A DNA stretch of 64,000 nucleotides, from contig OX597816.1 in assembly GCA_951406725.2 (NCBI GenBank), positions 81,034,001 through 81,098,000 on the forward strand, in the 5' to 3' direction. This DNA is from Octopus vulgaris (taxonomy: Eukaryota). The notes under the pieces are model-generated. The model saw only the letters and a program-made list of their open reading frames with translations, was not told the DNA's origin and did not search any database. Made by a program: the position numbers and the translations under genes. Below are positions 28,411 through 40,440 of the stretch, piece after piece (position 1 is the stretch's first letter; each line of letters opens with the position of its first letter).

Positions 28411-28869
28411 TGAGACGCAAAAGAGGAGTGAGTGTTGTGTGAAAACAAGGGGGAAATTACACTCAATGCCAATTAGCAAATATAACCTTAGGTAATTTTA
28501 TCGTTGCTTTTTCTTTATTTTCTTTTTTATTTGTCATTCATTTATTCAGATGATTATTTTCTTCAAGACTCGAGTTTCTTTGTTTTATCATTGTTTCTGT
28601 AGAGGTATTGTCACTCTTATTATTGTTGTGGTTGATGATGATGGTGATGATAATGATTCTCTTATTTTTATATATTTTTCGTGCTAATTATTTTTCATTA
28701 TAATTAACTACGAGAATATTCTTCAACAAGCAAAATCATTATACGCTCACATATATTCGTATTTTTGATACATACATATTTACACACACACACACACACA
28801 CACACATAAATATATATAATATACTTATAAGCATATACATATATCTATCTATGTTTGCATGTATGAATT

Positions 28870-28952
<83 letters not shown>

Positions 28953-28995
28953 GATGGATAGATGGATGGATGGATGGATGGATGGATGGATGGAT
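28870..28995. repeat. (AGAT)n(GGAT)n microsatellite
   Basis: Directly visible. Confidence 0.98.
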
Positions 28996-29369
28996 AAAGA
29001 ATACAGTCTTCTATTCTCTTATCCTATAAGGGTTGTATATGCCAACCTCAGTACATATTGCAATTGATACTTGTCTTAACAGTCTTTGCTTGTCGAACGG
29101 CTATGTTATATTATATATGTGTGTGTATGTGTGTGTGTGTATGTATGTGTGTAAACGACGCAATTCAACATGCTAAGTGAATAAACATAAACGCATACAC
29201 ACATTCAAATACACACACATAAACACATGCACGCACGCACAAACACACACTCGTATACATAATTAGTTATTGCAATTTTCAAATTACAATAAGCTGTTTC
29301 AAAAATTAATATTTTGTCTAATTTGTCTTTCGGCTGATGTACTTTCGACCAGTAATGTTTGTTTTTACG

Positions 29370-30710
29370 GCATAAACACTATTTCACATTACGCTCAATA
29401 GTCTTAAAAGAGTACATATCTATTAAATTTTTACAAGGAAAACGTTAACAGTGACTTCGAAATTTCGGTTTGCTTGCCGCCATCAGATTGTCAGTAGTTC
29501 TTTCGGGGTGTCAGAATTGGATCAATCGAAAATCATTAAGACATTCCAAGACTAGGTATGTGGACCAAACAGATTTTATCAAGCCCTTCGACACTAGCCA
29601 TGGAAAAATTCACGACCGAATAGTGAACACAAACTGTTCACTAAGCAAAGATCAATAATTCTGAGCCAACAAGCATATCGTCGCTAATACGGCGTGAGAT
29701 TTTCTCCGAGTGAATCAATGATTATATGTTTGGCTGTCATTTTCAGGATCAGGGTTTAATAAGTAACAACCCACGATGAGACTGACTTCATTCGGTTAGG
29801 AGCAAAGGTATAGTTGAGTGTGTAAGTGACAGTGTTGCAGAAGATCCTTGCAACATAAGCTTGAAGACGGTCTGAAAAGTTTAAGGTCTCTCGAACGTTG
29901 TTCCGACGAATTCTTAAAGCCTTGAGCCCGTTTCCGTATAAAATACAGTTGGCGCCACCAGATTATGTCCATAGATGCATTATGCAGACAGATTTCAAGA
30001 ATTAACAAGGAGACATCTCGAATTTATTCATATGAATAGCTTCATTAATAAACAAAACAGCTAGGGTTGAGGTTCGAAAATTCCTTGGGCAATTCACCAA
30101 AAGATATCGCATCCCATTAAAAGGAAGGCCTGATGTGAGGTAACGTCGAACGAAATGAATGGACTTCGCTTTTTCGCAGATCACATTGGGAATGCTTTAT
30201 CTGTTATAGGAGAGTAATATCGGTCTATTACCGAAAATGTTTCACTCCCAACAGTTCAAGATATACAAGACATGAGGTTCTAACAGATCGGAAAGACAAC
30301 TTAAGTAGCAAACCTAAATGTTCAGCCAAAATTTTGAGAGTGAACTAATTCCTTCGGTAGAAGACATAAGCAGATTACCACATTCTCCAGATCTCACGAC
30401 TTCTAATTTAATCCAATGAGTTTATGTCAGTAACAAAGTTTATGTTAACAAACACCAGATGCTCCAACGGCCGAAGAAAATTATTCCAGATGCAATCAGA
30501 AAACTGGAGCCAGAAACAGTAAAAGGTGTCACGGAAAACGCCTTATCAAAAGCACAGAAAAAGGACGCCATTTACGACGCGATTTTTTTTCACACATAGC
30601 GTACGTTAATTTCTTACGTATATTGTTTATGATGCTATAGTATTATGAATTTAAAGCAAAAACTTAGGAAGTCATTAAATGTTAAAAACTCTACGTGAAT
30701 TTTGACTCAA
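29370..30710 (+). pseudogene. Highly decayed Tc1/mariner-superfamily transposase (rosa/DD41D-like or DD37D-like type)
   Basis: Manual translation across frameshifts: VSDSVAEDP..VSRTLFRRILKALSPFPYKIQL (~29820-29950); FINKQNS*G*GSKIPWAIHQKISHP..GLRFFADHIGNALSVIGE*YRS..DMRF*Q (~30040-30285; cf. VNKQNCRIWGSENP..GPYFF..TVNGERYR..WFQQDGA); LPHSPDLT..YVSNKVYVNK..IFFHT* (~30375-30599; cf. WPPRSPDLT..GYVKSKVY). Possible TIR remnant CGTGAATTTTGACTCA near 30695-30710. Confidence 0.8.
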
Positions 30711-31119
30711 CAAAATTTGTTTTGAAGGGCTATGTCAGAGAAAACTGTTACCCTTGGAAGATATTCTTATTTTATGAATTGGCTTAAGATTTTTTTATAT
30801 TTTCATCTATTCCACTTACATTTACATTACATCTTTCTTTTTACTGTTTATTGAGTCCGCACTTAATTCATTACTAGCATACTTAATAATCTTAAACTTT
30901 GCTTAATACTATCTTATATTATTCTATCACTACCATCTTTTTTGCATTTTATTATTCTATCTTATGTATTTGACTCTCATTCAGTCTTCTCATACAGTTA
31001 AAACGGCTTGTGTCTATGTGTATATAGACGTAAAATATATATAGGGTCACAGATGAAAAATTCGCCTAGAAAATTATTTTATTTGCTAAAAAATTTAGAA
31101 ACCTAGGTCTGATCGGAAT

Positions 31120-31490
31120 AAACAGGGCTTAGAAAAACTGAAGGGCCGTTGCAATAAGTGTATGAATCTCAGAGAGGAATATGTTCTTTTCTACTCTAGG
31201 CACAAGGTCCGAAATTTTGGGGGAGGGGCCTAGTCGATTAGATCGACCCCAGTATGTAACTGGTAGTTAATTTATCGACCCCGAAAGAATGAAAGGCAAA
31301 TTCTACCTCGGCGGAATTTGAACTCAGAACGTAAAGACAGACGAAATACTGCTACATTTCGCTCGGATTGCTAACGTTCCTGCCAGCTCGCTGCCTCTGA
31401 GAGGGAAATATCTTGAATAAAATCACAATTAACTCATCCTCCTGTATTTCCTTTTACCCAATGCCAGGAACTTTTCAGCACCACCTCGTA
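31120..31490 (-). mobile_element. Second copy of the mariner-type MITE, split by a SINE family A insertion
   Basis: TIR GCCAGGAACTTTTCAGCACCACCTCG-TA ends at 31490. The body continues at 31120-31184 and matches 1530-1610. Confidence 0.8.
31185..31395 (-). mobile_element. Full-length SINE family A (second tail type)
   Basis: Same head and core, with tail GGCCCCTCCCCCAAAATTTCGGACCTTGTGCCTAGAGTAGAAAAG. Degenerate TSD CTCAGAGAGGAATATGT / CTGAGAGGGAAATATCT. Confidence 0.88.
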
Positions 31491-31520
31491 TACATAAATG
31501 GATATGTGAGTATGTACATG

Positions 31521-31551
<31 letters not shown>

Positions 31552-31598
31552 TGGTGTGTGGGTGTGTGTGTGTGAGTGAGTGAGTGTGTGTGTGAGTG

Positions 31599-31648
<50 letters not shown>

Positions 31649-31668
31649 TGTGTATGTGTATGTATATC

Positions 31669-31998
31669 TGGGGGACCCCCTTCGGTCGCGACACAGACCA
31701 TGGGATTGCACCTAGAAAGTTACCCTCCTAGTCACAAGTCTGGGCAAGGTGGTTTTATGGAAGACCAGCAGTCGCCCATGCATACCGGCCTCCCCTCTCC
31801 ACGCCACAGGTGTTATCCAAGGGAAAGACAAAGGGGCCGATACAGCTTGGCACCCGTGACGTCGCAACTCATTTCTACAGCTGAGTGAACTGGAGCAACG
31901 TGAAATAAAGTGTCTTGCTCAAGAACACAACACGCAGCCCGGTCCGGGATTCGAGCTCACAACTTCACGATCGTAAACTCGACGCTCTAACCACTGAG
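31669..31998 (-). mobile_element. SINE family B
   Basis: Closely similar to 23869-24206. Confidence 0.9.
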
Positions 31999-32000
31999 AT

Positions 32001-32270
32001 GTCACGTGGCATAGTGGCTAAGATATTCGACTCACGATCTTACGCTCGTGATTTCGATTCCCGCCACGAGTTGTGTCCTTGAGCAAGACACTTTACTTCT
32101 CGTCCCTCCAGTCCACTCAGCTGGCAAAAACGTGTCGTACCTGTATTTCAAAGGGCCGACTCTGTCTCACTGTTTCACGCTGACTCTCCCTGAGATGTCT
32201 GTGTAGTGCTATGCCATTTGCATGTTAACATCACGAGCATGCTCTGAGGTTTATCGTATCAGTGCCAGCT
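32001..32270 (+). mobile_element. SINE related to family B (shared head and CORE-like block, different 3' part)
   Basis: GTGGCATAGTGGCTAAG, TTCGATTCCC and GTGTCCTTGAGCAAGACACTTTA..CTCCAGTCCACTCAGCTG, then a divergent tail. Confidence 0.75.
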
Positions 32271-32469
32271 ATAGCTGTAGATAATCATCGATACATGTAA
32301 ATATATACACAAATGTATGTGTTTGTATACATATATACACGCACAAAAATATGCGTTTGTATATATATAGGCGTGGCTGTGTGGTAAGAAGCTTGTTCCC
32401 TAACTGCATAGTTGTGGGTTCAGTCCCACGATGTCAACATTAACAATTTTTCAAACTTTAGCACAATGC

Positions 32470-32790
32470 GTTAGTCAATTGCAGTGACCCCAGTTCGTGG
32501 CCTGTACTTTCGTTTTATCGATGCCGAAAGGATAAAAGCTACAGTTAACTTCGACGCAATTTGACGTTAGTGCATAAAGAGCGGCAAGAAATTCCGCTAT
32601 GCATTTTCTTTCGATGTGCTAACGATTCTGCTATCTCGCCACTTTTAGCAATAAGAATATCAAATTTTGGCACAAGGCCACCTAGTGTAAGGAAAGGGGT
32701 AGTCGATTGAATCGACCTCAGTACTTGACTAGTACTTTATGGTATCGATCTTGAAAGCATGAAAGGCAAAGATGAACTCGGCTTGCTAAC
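32470..32790 (-). mobile_element. Two decayed SINE family A copies
   Basis: GACCCCAGT..CGAAAGGATAAAAG..GCTAACGATTCTGC and GGCACAAGGCC..GTCGATTGAATCGAC..TGAAAGGCAAAG. Confidence 0.7.
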
Positions 32791-32974
32791 GTTTCCGCAA
32801 TTTCACTCTCATCAACAGACATAATAACAATAACATCAAACAACAGCAGGGTAGCAAAAGTGATGATGATGATGATATCGAGCAAGAGAAACCAACGCCA
32901 GGTTTCTTGAGAACTGTTTCAGTTCCATGTATTACCACTTTGAGGAGACATATAGTGCACAGTGTATATCAATA

Positions 32975-33071
32975 AAGAAGAAGAAGAAGAAGAAGAAGAA
33001 GAAGAAGAAGAAGAAGAAGAAGAAGAAGAAGAAGAAGAAGAAGAAGAAGAAGAAGAAGAAGAAGAAGAAGA
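32975..33071. repeat. Pure (GAA)n microsatellite
   Basis: Directly visible. Confidence 0.98.
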
Positions 33072-33354
33072 CGTTCCATAATCTGAAAGCGTTGACCTGA
33101 ATGGAGTGTATAAGATTTTCCAGGTGTTTACAAAAAGTATAGTTCTTTCTTGTTTTGTTGCTGTTGTTAGCTATTTCTTGTATTTGCTTAATTTGTTTCT
33201 TAATGCTTTTATTTATCTTTACATTCTTCTCTTGTTTTTGTTGTTGTTGCTATATTTATTTCATTATTTCAATTAGATTTCTGGAGTGCGATAGAAAAGA
33301 AAGGAATGTCGGTAATGCCAATGAGCAACTAGAGGAGGGAGGCAAAGAGAGGGA

Positions 33355-33413
<59 letters not shown>

Positions 33414-33668
33414 GACAGACAGATAGACAGACAGACAGAAAGAGAGACAGAGAGAGATGGCGATTATGATCATAGTGATGGTGTTGGATGATAAGGAAGA
33501 TGTGGCGGAGAAAAAGAACAGAGGCATGCAGTAAGAAAAAAAGATAGACAGAGGAGAGTGAAAAGAAAGGTAAGTGAAAGAATGATGAGAGGAGACAGAC
33601 AGACAGACAGGCAGACAGGCAGGCAGGCAGGCAGACAGACAGGCAGACAGGCAGACAGACAGGCAGGC

Positions 33669-33717
<49 letters not shown>

Positions 33718-33730
33718 TATAGATAGATAG
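33355..33730. repeat. (TG)n(AG)n(AGAC/AGGC)n compound microsatellite
   Basis: Directly visible; explains ORF 33273-33830. Confidence 0.95.
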
Positions 33731-34949
33731 ATATTGTGTTAATTAGTGTACGCTTGTGTTTTTGTGTCTTTGTTATGGCGTATATATTGTCTGTATTTGA
33801 CTGTATTACTCTGTGTGTGTGTGTGCACATATATACGCGTGAGTGTGTGTGTGTGTGTGTGTGTGAGTATTTGGTAGGCGTGTGTGCGTATAAACGTGTA
33901 TTACCTAGATAACGTTTCTGTGTGTGGTTCAGTGTAATTAATATGTGTGAATATGCGTTTTAGAAAAACAGGTATCTATGAGACGCTGTGCGTGTGATAT
34001 TGTGAGAAGATGAAAGGAGATACAGAGTGGAAAAAAATCAAACAAGAGACATGGAAGGGTAGAAGGAAAGTGAAAGTGCGACGAGAAAGATGCAATAGAA
34101 AATGTTTATTATATGATTATTATAGACAAAATAAAGGGGGGTGCGGTTGCAACATAATAGAGCAGAGAGGGAGTGAGAGAGAAAGAGATAAAGGGTGGAA
34201 AGAGTGTTAGTAAAAAAGCAAGCAAATGAGACAGAGAGATCGAGACAGATACAGAAATAGTGAGAGGCACAGAAAGACGTGGGGAGAGAAAATTGAAAAG
34301 AGTGAGAGAAAGTGAGATATATTTAGAGTAGGAAGTGAACATGGAAGTTAGTGAATATAAGGAACGATGTATAAGAAAGTAAGAGAGAAGGTGAGTGATG
34401 CTGTAGAAGAAGAAAAGGAGTACTACAAAGTAAAAATTCAAATAGAGTAGCGACAGGTGAGAAAGTAAGTAGGGAATGTGTGAACTGGTGAGTGAGTGAG
34501 TGAGTGAGTAGAAAATATGTAGTAGTATAAACGTTAAAATAGTTGAAGTGGAGAATGAAGCGAAGGAAAGAAGAGTTGTGAGTGAGAGCATGAGTGGAGT
34601 GATGTGGATCAAGTGAAGATGAAGTAAAAATTAGATGACGATGTAGAAGTTAGAAAAGGTGAGGTAAAAGATTTTCAGTTGTGTGTGTGTGAGGGGTGGT
34701 GGTGATTGGGTGAGGGGATGGAATAAAGAAAGTGGAAGGAGGAGGAGTAGGTAAAGGAGAGCGCGTAATGAAACAATTTCAATGATAGTTTGAGGCAGTA
34801 TGAAATGACTCAGCATTCTGCTTGGAATCACTGAGTGCTTCGTTCATTAAGTTCATGATATGTGTTACATTTTCGCAAGCAAGCAAGCAAGCACAGATAG
34901 GCACATGCATCGTTACATGCATAGTCGCACATACATTTACTCACACAGC

Positions 34950-35007
<58 letters not shown>

Positions 35008-35138
35008 AGGAAAGAAAGAAGGAAATAAAGAAAGAAAGAAAGAAAGAAAGAAAGACAGAATTAGTACAAATACAACTATGATGAAGCTGGTACTTTCACT
35101 GAATATATGTTAACTGTTCTCCCTCTATTTCTCTCTCG

Positions 35139-35196
<58 letters not shown>

Positions 35197-35219
35197 ATAT
35201 ATATATTTCTATATATATG

Positions 35220-35253
<34 letters not shown>

Positions 35254-35429
35254 TAATAAATATTAGGGAATAAATCCAAATTTACAGGGAAAAAATCAGA
35301 TTTAGGATTAAATCCAATTTTATAGTAAAATATTATAAAATATTATTAGAGACAAAACCACTATTTTGCAAAACAAACAAGGAAAGACTTAATCAATACA
35401 TAAATTTTAATAAATAGTCAAAAAAACCG

Positions 35430-35472
35430 CCACTACAATTGTTTCTTGTCTTGATCGACAATCTTCAGGTGG
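35430..35472 (-). ncRNA. Minimal type I hammerhead ribozyme (mirror copy)
   Basis: Exact reverse complement of 35533-35575. Confidence 0.88.
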
Positions 35473-35532
35473 ACTTCCAATAAGTCAGTTTCAAATTATG
35501 AAGTCATAATTTGAAACTGACTTATTGGAAGT

Positions 35533-35575
35533 CCACCTGAAGATTGTCGATCAAGACAAGAAACAATTGTAGTGG
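35533..35575 (+). ncRNA. Minimal type I hammerhead ribozyme
   Basis: CCAC (stem I) - CTGAAGA (core) - TTGTC gatcaa GACAA (stem II) - GAAA - C AATT G (short palindromic stem III) - TA (cleavage predicted after 35571) - GTGG (stem I). All conserved core positions and three helices are present. Confidence 0.88.
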
Positions 35576-35662
35576 CGGTTTTTTTGACTATTTATTAAAA
35601 TTTATGTATTGATTAAGTCTTTCCTTGTTTGTTTTGCAAAATAGTGGTTTTGTCTCTAATAA

Positions 35663-35718
<56 letters not shown>

Positions 35719-36027
35719 CATGTGTATGTGCGCGCGCGTGTACATGTATGTATGTGAGGCGAGAGAGAGAGAGAGAGATGTGCGTGTATGTATGTTTGAA
35801 TATATAAACACACCATCGTATTCTTCAGTCTCATACCAAGCTGTCAATCTCTATCAAATCTGTTCTAGTCATCATCGACAATCTAATTATGTCGTCTGTT
35901 GTAACATACTTAACATATAACATATACGTGTGTCTTAAACCATATCGCCCGTTCACTCATTACTTATCAATCAGCAAGTAGCTACAGAATTTACAAACTG
36001 CTGCTTTTACCAACTTTTACAGGCGAT

Positions 36028-36365
36028 GTGAAGGTGCATGGCTCAGTGGTTAAAGCGTGGAGCTTGCAATCGGGAGGTTGTGAGTTTGTGAGCTCGATTT
36101 GCGGACCGGACTATATGTTGTGTTCTTGAGCAAGACACTTTATTTCATTTCATTCAGTTGTAGAAATGAGTTGCGACGTCACTGATGCCAAGCTGTATTG
36201 GCCTTTGGCTTTCTCTTGGATAAAAATCGATGCGTGGAGACAGGAGACTGGTATGCATGAGTAACTGCTGGTCTTCCACAAACAACTCTACTTGCTCTTG
36301 TGTCCGAGAGGAAGTTTCTAGGTGCAATCTCAATGTTATTCGTGACAGAAGGAGTCTTTACCCTT
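36028..36365 (+). mobile_element. SINE family B, older copy
   Basis: GTGAAGGTGCATGGCTCAGTGGTTAAAGCG..GTGTTCTTGAGCAAGACACTTTATTTCA..CTGCTGGTCTTCCA..TTTCTAGGTGCAATC. Confidence 0.85.
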
Positions 36366-36777
36366 TTACAAACATTCTCAGTTTTGGTTTAGCTCCCTGT
36401 GAGGGAGCATCTACGAACTTTTTCATATTGCCACCCGTCTTAAAATAGCTGCACATGCTAATCGCTTAAATATAAAGTATAGAATTCTTTACAACAGAGA
36501 TGGCACAGACTCAATCATAGCAAGAATTTCAAAGGTAAGCTAGGTAACACTAAGTTTGATGCCTGATTCCTTGGTTTCCTATTCATAGTTCTGTGCTTGT
36601 GTGTGTGTGTGTGTGTGTGTGCGTGCATAAATACATGAGAAATTATGATAAATGCAGGTCTATATCATTTGATCCAAATGTAAGCTTGGCTGTTGTCGTT
36701 GTTTGGAACTAACCTCTACATTGGATGTTCCAAGTGCTATCGGGGATGCTTAACTACAACGCCATCATCAGGAGAAC

Positions 36778-36828
<51 letters not shown>

Positions 36829-37577
36829 CATGTTACCTATATATTATTATTATTAGGTGCTCATTAAGTCATAAATAAAAGCATATTTAGTTTTAGTAAT
36901 AGAGCGGGTATATCTATTTATATAATGTCAAACAATAAATTGCTTATTATGACATATAACTGATCGTACATACATAATACACACACCCCCACATACATAA
37001 ATACATACATACATACATACATACATACATACATACATACATACATACATACATACATTAGATACTCGATAGCGAATGATTTGATTGTAGTTAAGGAGTT
37101 TCTTAAATAGAGGACCTATGAAACACCTCTAGTTACAGAAGGAAAAAAAAACTCGCTAATCTCCCATCCCCTACCTCATTAGCTTAGACCACCTCCACTC
37201 CTAGTTCCTGCTTTCATCATTAAACTTAAATTCACTTCTGTGTCACTTCCGCCCAACAAAAGACATTCGCTCTCATGATGCTATTTGACGTAGTACTAAA
37301 ATCAAGGATTGTGTGATAGTGTGAAAACAGCATAGGAGAAACACATGTCATCAACAAGATCACAGAGTGTAACGGAAAAAACTTTGTTAAACTAATTAAT
37401 CAATTAATATATTTTATTCACAAACTATTGAATTCATAATAAAACTTACAATCAGGGCAATCAGTATGCGTTTTTATATGTAAAATACAACAGTTTCACC
37501 ATAAGATTTCACATCAAAATTAGTGCAAAACGAGGGTGTGTACGTGTGTGTATATAAATATACAGCTTTGTCTTTAA

Positions 37578-37928
37578 TCTTTTACTTGTTTTAGCCATAA
37601 GATTGCGGCCAGTCTGAGGCACCACATTGAAGAATATTTAGTTGAATGAATCGAGCTCAATACGTATTTAGTATTATTATTTTTTTTTTTTTGTCTTTTT
37701 GAGCCTCGTACTTATTCTATAGGTTCTTAACCGAACCACTAAGTTATGGGGACGTAAACACAACGACACCGAACGTCAAGCAGTAGCGAACGAAGAACAC
37801 TGACACAAAGACACACACACGCACTCACACATACACATATATATATATATACATATATATATACATACATATATATATACATATATATATATACATATAT
37901 ATATACATATATATATACATACATATAC

Positions 37929-37975
<47 letters not shown>

Positions 37976-38135
37976 CATACATACATTCATACATACATAC
38001 ATACATATATATATATATATATTTACGACGAGCTTCACTCAGTTTCCGTCTACAACATCAAGTCACAAGACTTCGATTGGCCCGGAGTTATAGCAGAAGA
38101 CACTTGCACAATGGGAGTGAATCCGGAACCATGTT
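37578..38135 (-). mobile_element. SINE family C with expanded internal (TA/CA)n
   Basis: CTTTTACTTGTTTTAG tail, CCGAACCACTAAGTTATGGGGACGTAAACAC, ~210 bp microsatellite, then CAGTTTCCGTCTAC..GAAGACACTTGC..CCGGAACCATG. Confidence 0.82.
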
Positions 38136-38304
38136 GTGTATATATAAACTTGATGCTTTCTTATATTATTAGAACATTGTTGCTGATTTGATGATATTCA
38201 GACGTTTGGTTCCTGCTTAGTGTTTTGAAAAGCAATCCAAATTAAAAAACATAGACTGCACTTCCCGCCACCAATAACAGTTCAAAGCAGCAGCAGTAAC
38301 AACA

Positions 38305-38307
38305 GTA

Positions 38308-38377
<70 letters not shown>

Positions 38378-38390
38378 CCGCAGCAGCAGA
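38305..38390. repeat. (GTA)n microsatellite
   Basis: Directly visible. Confidence 0.97.
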
Positions 38391-38964
38391 TCGCGGGCGT
38401 GGAATTGACCACACACATTTTACCATGGGATGAAGACAAACATATTACGGCCGTGTACTGAAGTTGATATTATCGACTGCGACCTTAGGCTTTTATCATC
38501 ATTATTATTATTGATGTGATACGGTGATGTATATTTTATAAGGTGCAGGCGGCACACCACTCCTTTTTTTTTTTTCATTATTCTATTTCCCGTGTCGTAT
38601 ATTAATTGTCATCATGAAATTACAATAGATGCAATACACCGCCACCCTCCATTACATTACTATTTCCCATCATCCACACACTTTTCTTTGCCACTAATTA
38701 CTTGTTCATCATCTTACTTCAAACACCGCAACTACCTGCCACCAACACCACCATCATCATTCCCATCATCATCATCATAATCATCTTCATCTTCATCATC
38801 GTAGTCAACTGCAATAAAAACTCTAACACACTATGATCGCTGTAAGTATATTATATCCGCCTCCACACAATTCCGCTTCTTTTACACTTAAAGAACATCA
38901 GCTCATCTCGCCATCTTCACGCGTTGCATTTCTACATTCGGTGCATTTACACGCACACACACAC

Positions 38965-39059
<95 letters not shown>

Positions 39060-39218
39060 ACACCTGGCATTCTAATGAGAAACATGAACTAGGAACACAC
39101 ACACACACACATATATATATATACATATATATATACACACACATATATATATATATGTATGTATAAATATATGTATATATATATACACGCGCTCGTGTGT
39201 GTAAGTGCACGTGTTATG

Positions 39219-39266
<48 letters not shown>

Positions 39267-39512
39267 GTTTATAGGTTAGTATGGCGTGTTGTGTGTTTTG
39301 TAGCCTCAAGACTTCGTAGTCTTTTTCCACTTAAGATCTCAAGTACTGCATTCGCCATTGTGTTTGCTGCCGTCGTCAGTGTTGTCAGTGTCATTGTTTT
39401 GGTGTCGATGGTGTTGGCGGTAGTGATTGTCATCGGCGTCGTTGTTATAGTCATTATCAATCTTGTGTTTCTAGGTCTACTTCATATATTCTTTTCTGTT
39501 TTTTTTTTATCA

Positions 39513-39648
39513 TTTCTACTCTAGGCACAAGGCCAGAAATTTTAAGGGAAGGGGCCAGTCGATTAGATCGACCCCAGTATGCAACTGGTACTTAATTTTA
39601 TCGACCCCGGAAGGATGAAAGGCAAAGTCGACCTCGAGGGAATTTGAA
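39513..39648 (-). mobile_element. 5'-truncated SINE family A (second tail type)
   Basis: TTTCTACTCTAGGCACAAGGCC..GGATGAAAGGCAAAGTCGACCTCG..AATTTGAA. Confidence 0.85.
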
Positions 39649-39946
39649 GGTGTGCTTCATATATTATACTATCTTTAGCAAATCAAATAAAATTCTTTTC
39701 TGTTTTTGATATTTCTTTCTCACTCTCTCTCTCCGTGTGTGTATGCGTGTGTGTATGTGTGCGTGTGCGTGTGTGTGTGCGTGTGTCTGTGTGTGTGTGC
39801 GTGTGTCTGTGCGTGTCTCTGTGTGTATATGTGTGTGTGTAATTTCTGCATTTATTTCTTCCATACAGTCTTGCTCTTTCCTTTTTCTTCTTTACCTTTC
39901 TTTCAACTACTCTTCGCTTTGAATGTGCAGATTCATTCATACATGC

Positions 39947-40003
<57 letters not shown>

Positions 40004-40114
40004 CATACACACACAGAAGCATACGACCAGCATATAAACACACAGACACACATACATAATATATAGACAACATATACATACAAATATGCATACATAAAGC
40101 ATATAAACCATATT

Positions 40115-40440
40115 GTTGCTATTCAGAAAGAAGTGATAGCTCCAAATGCCTGATCAATGAGAGAGATAAGATTGCCTCCAAACATTCACATTGTGATAAA
40201 AAAGAATGCTGATCGCACCATACCAACGTGGAAGATACCACCCATATCACCAACAGCTGTCCTAAAATGTCTTTAAGTTACGACTAACCTATATTACGCT
40301 GTACGATATTACGCTGTGGCAAAAACTATCTACAATGCTTTCCGCAGGAAGGGTTTTCTGGAAAGCAATACCTTAAAGCATAACAGAACGTATACATCTG
40401 TTGCTTTAAAACTAAGAAATACTGATGGAATATTATAATA
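40115..40440 (+). mobile_element. Decayed fragment of a restriction-like-endonuclease (R4/NeSL-type) non-LTR retrotransposon, zinc-knuckle region
   Basis: Translates AIQKEVIA..HCDKKEC*SHHTNVEDTTHITNSCPKMS..AVAKTIYNAFRRK..KY*WNI (cf. AIQEQEI..CRLC..EDI.HI...CPKMS..RHD.VAK.IYN..EYWWN). Confidence 0.65.

Larger units (their letters stand above)
35255..35667. mobile_element. Penelope-like element terminal-repeat (pLTR) remnant forming a perfect fold-back inside (TA)n
   Basis: Arms 35338-35501 and 35504-35667 are exact reverse complements (164 bp, 2-nt spacer AG). The left arm has an extra ~83 bp. Each arm carries a minimal hammerhead. Inverted partial pLTRs with minimal hammerheads are characteristic of Penelope-like elements. 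No RT or GIY-YIG coding sequence is present, so the assignment is inferred. Confidence 0.75.
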
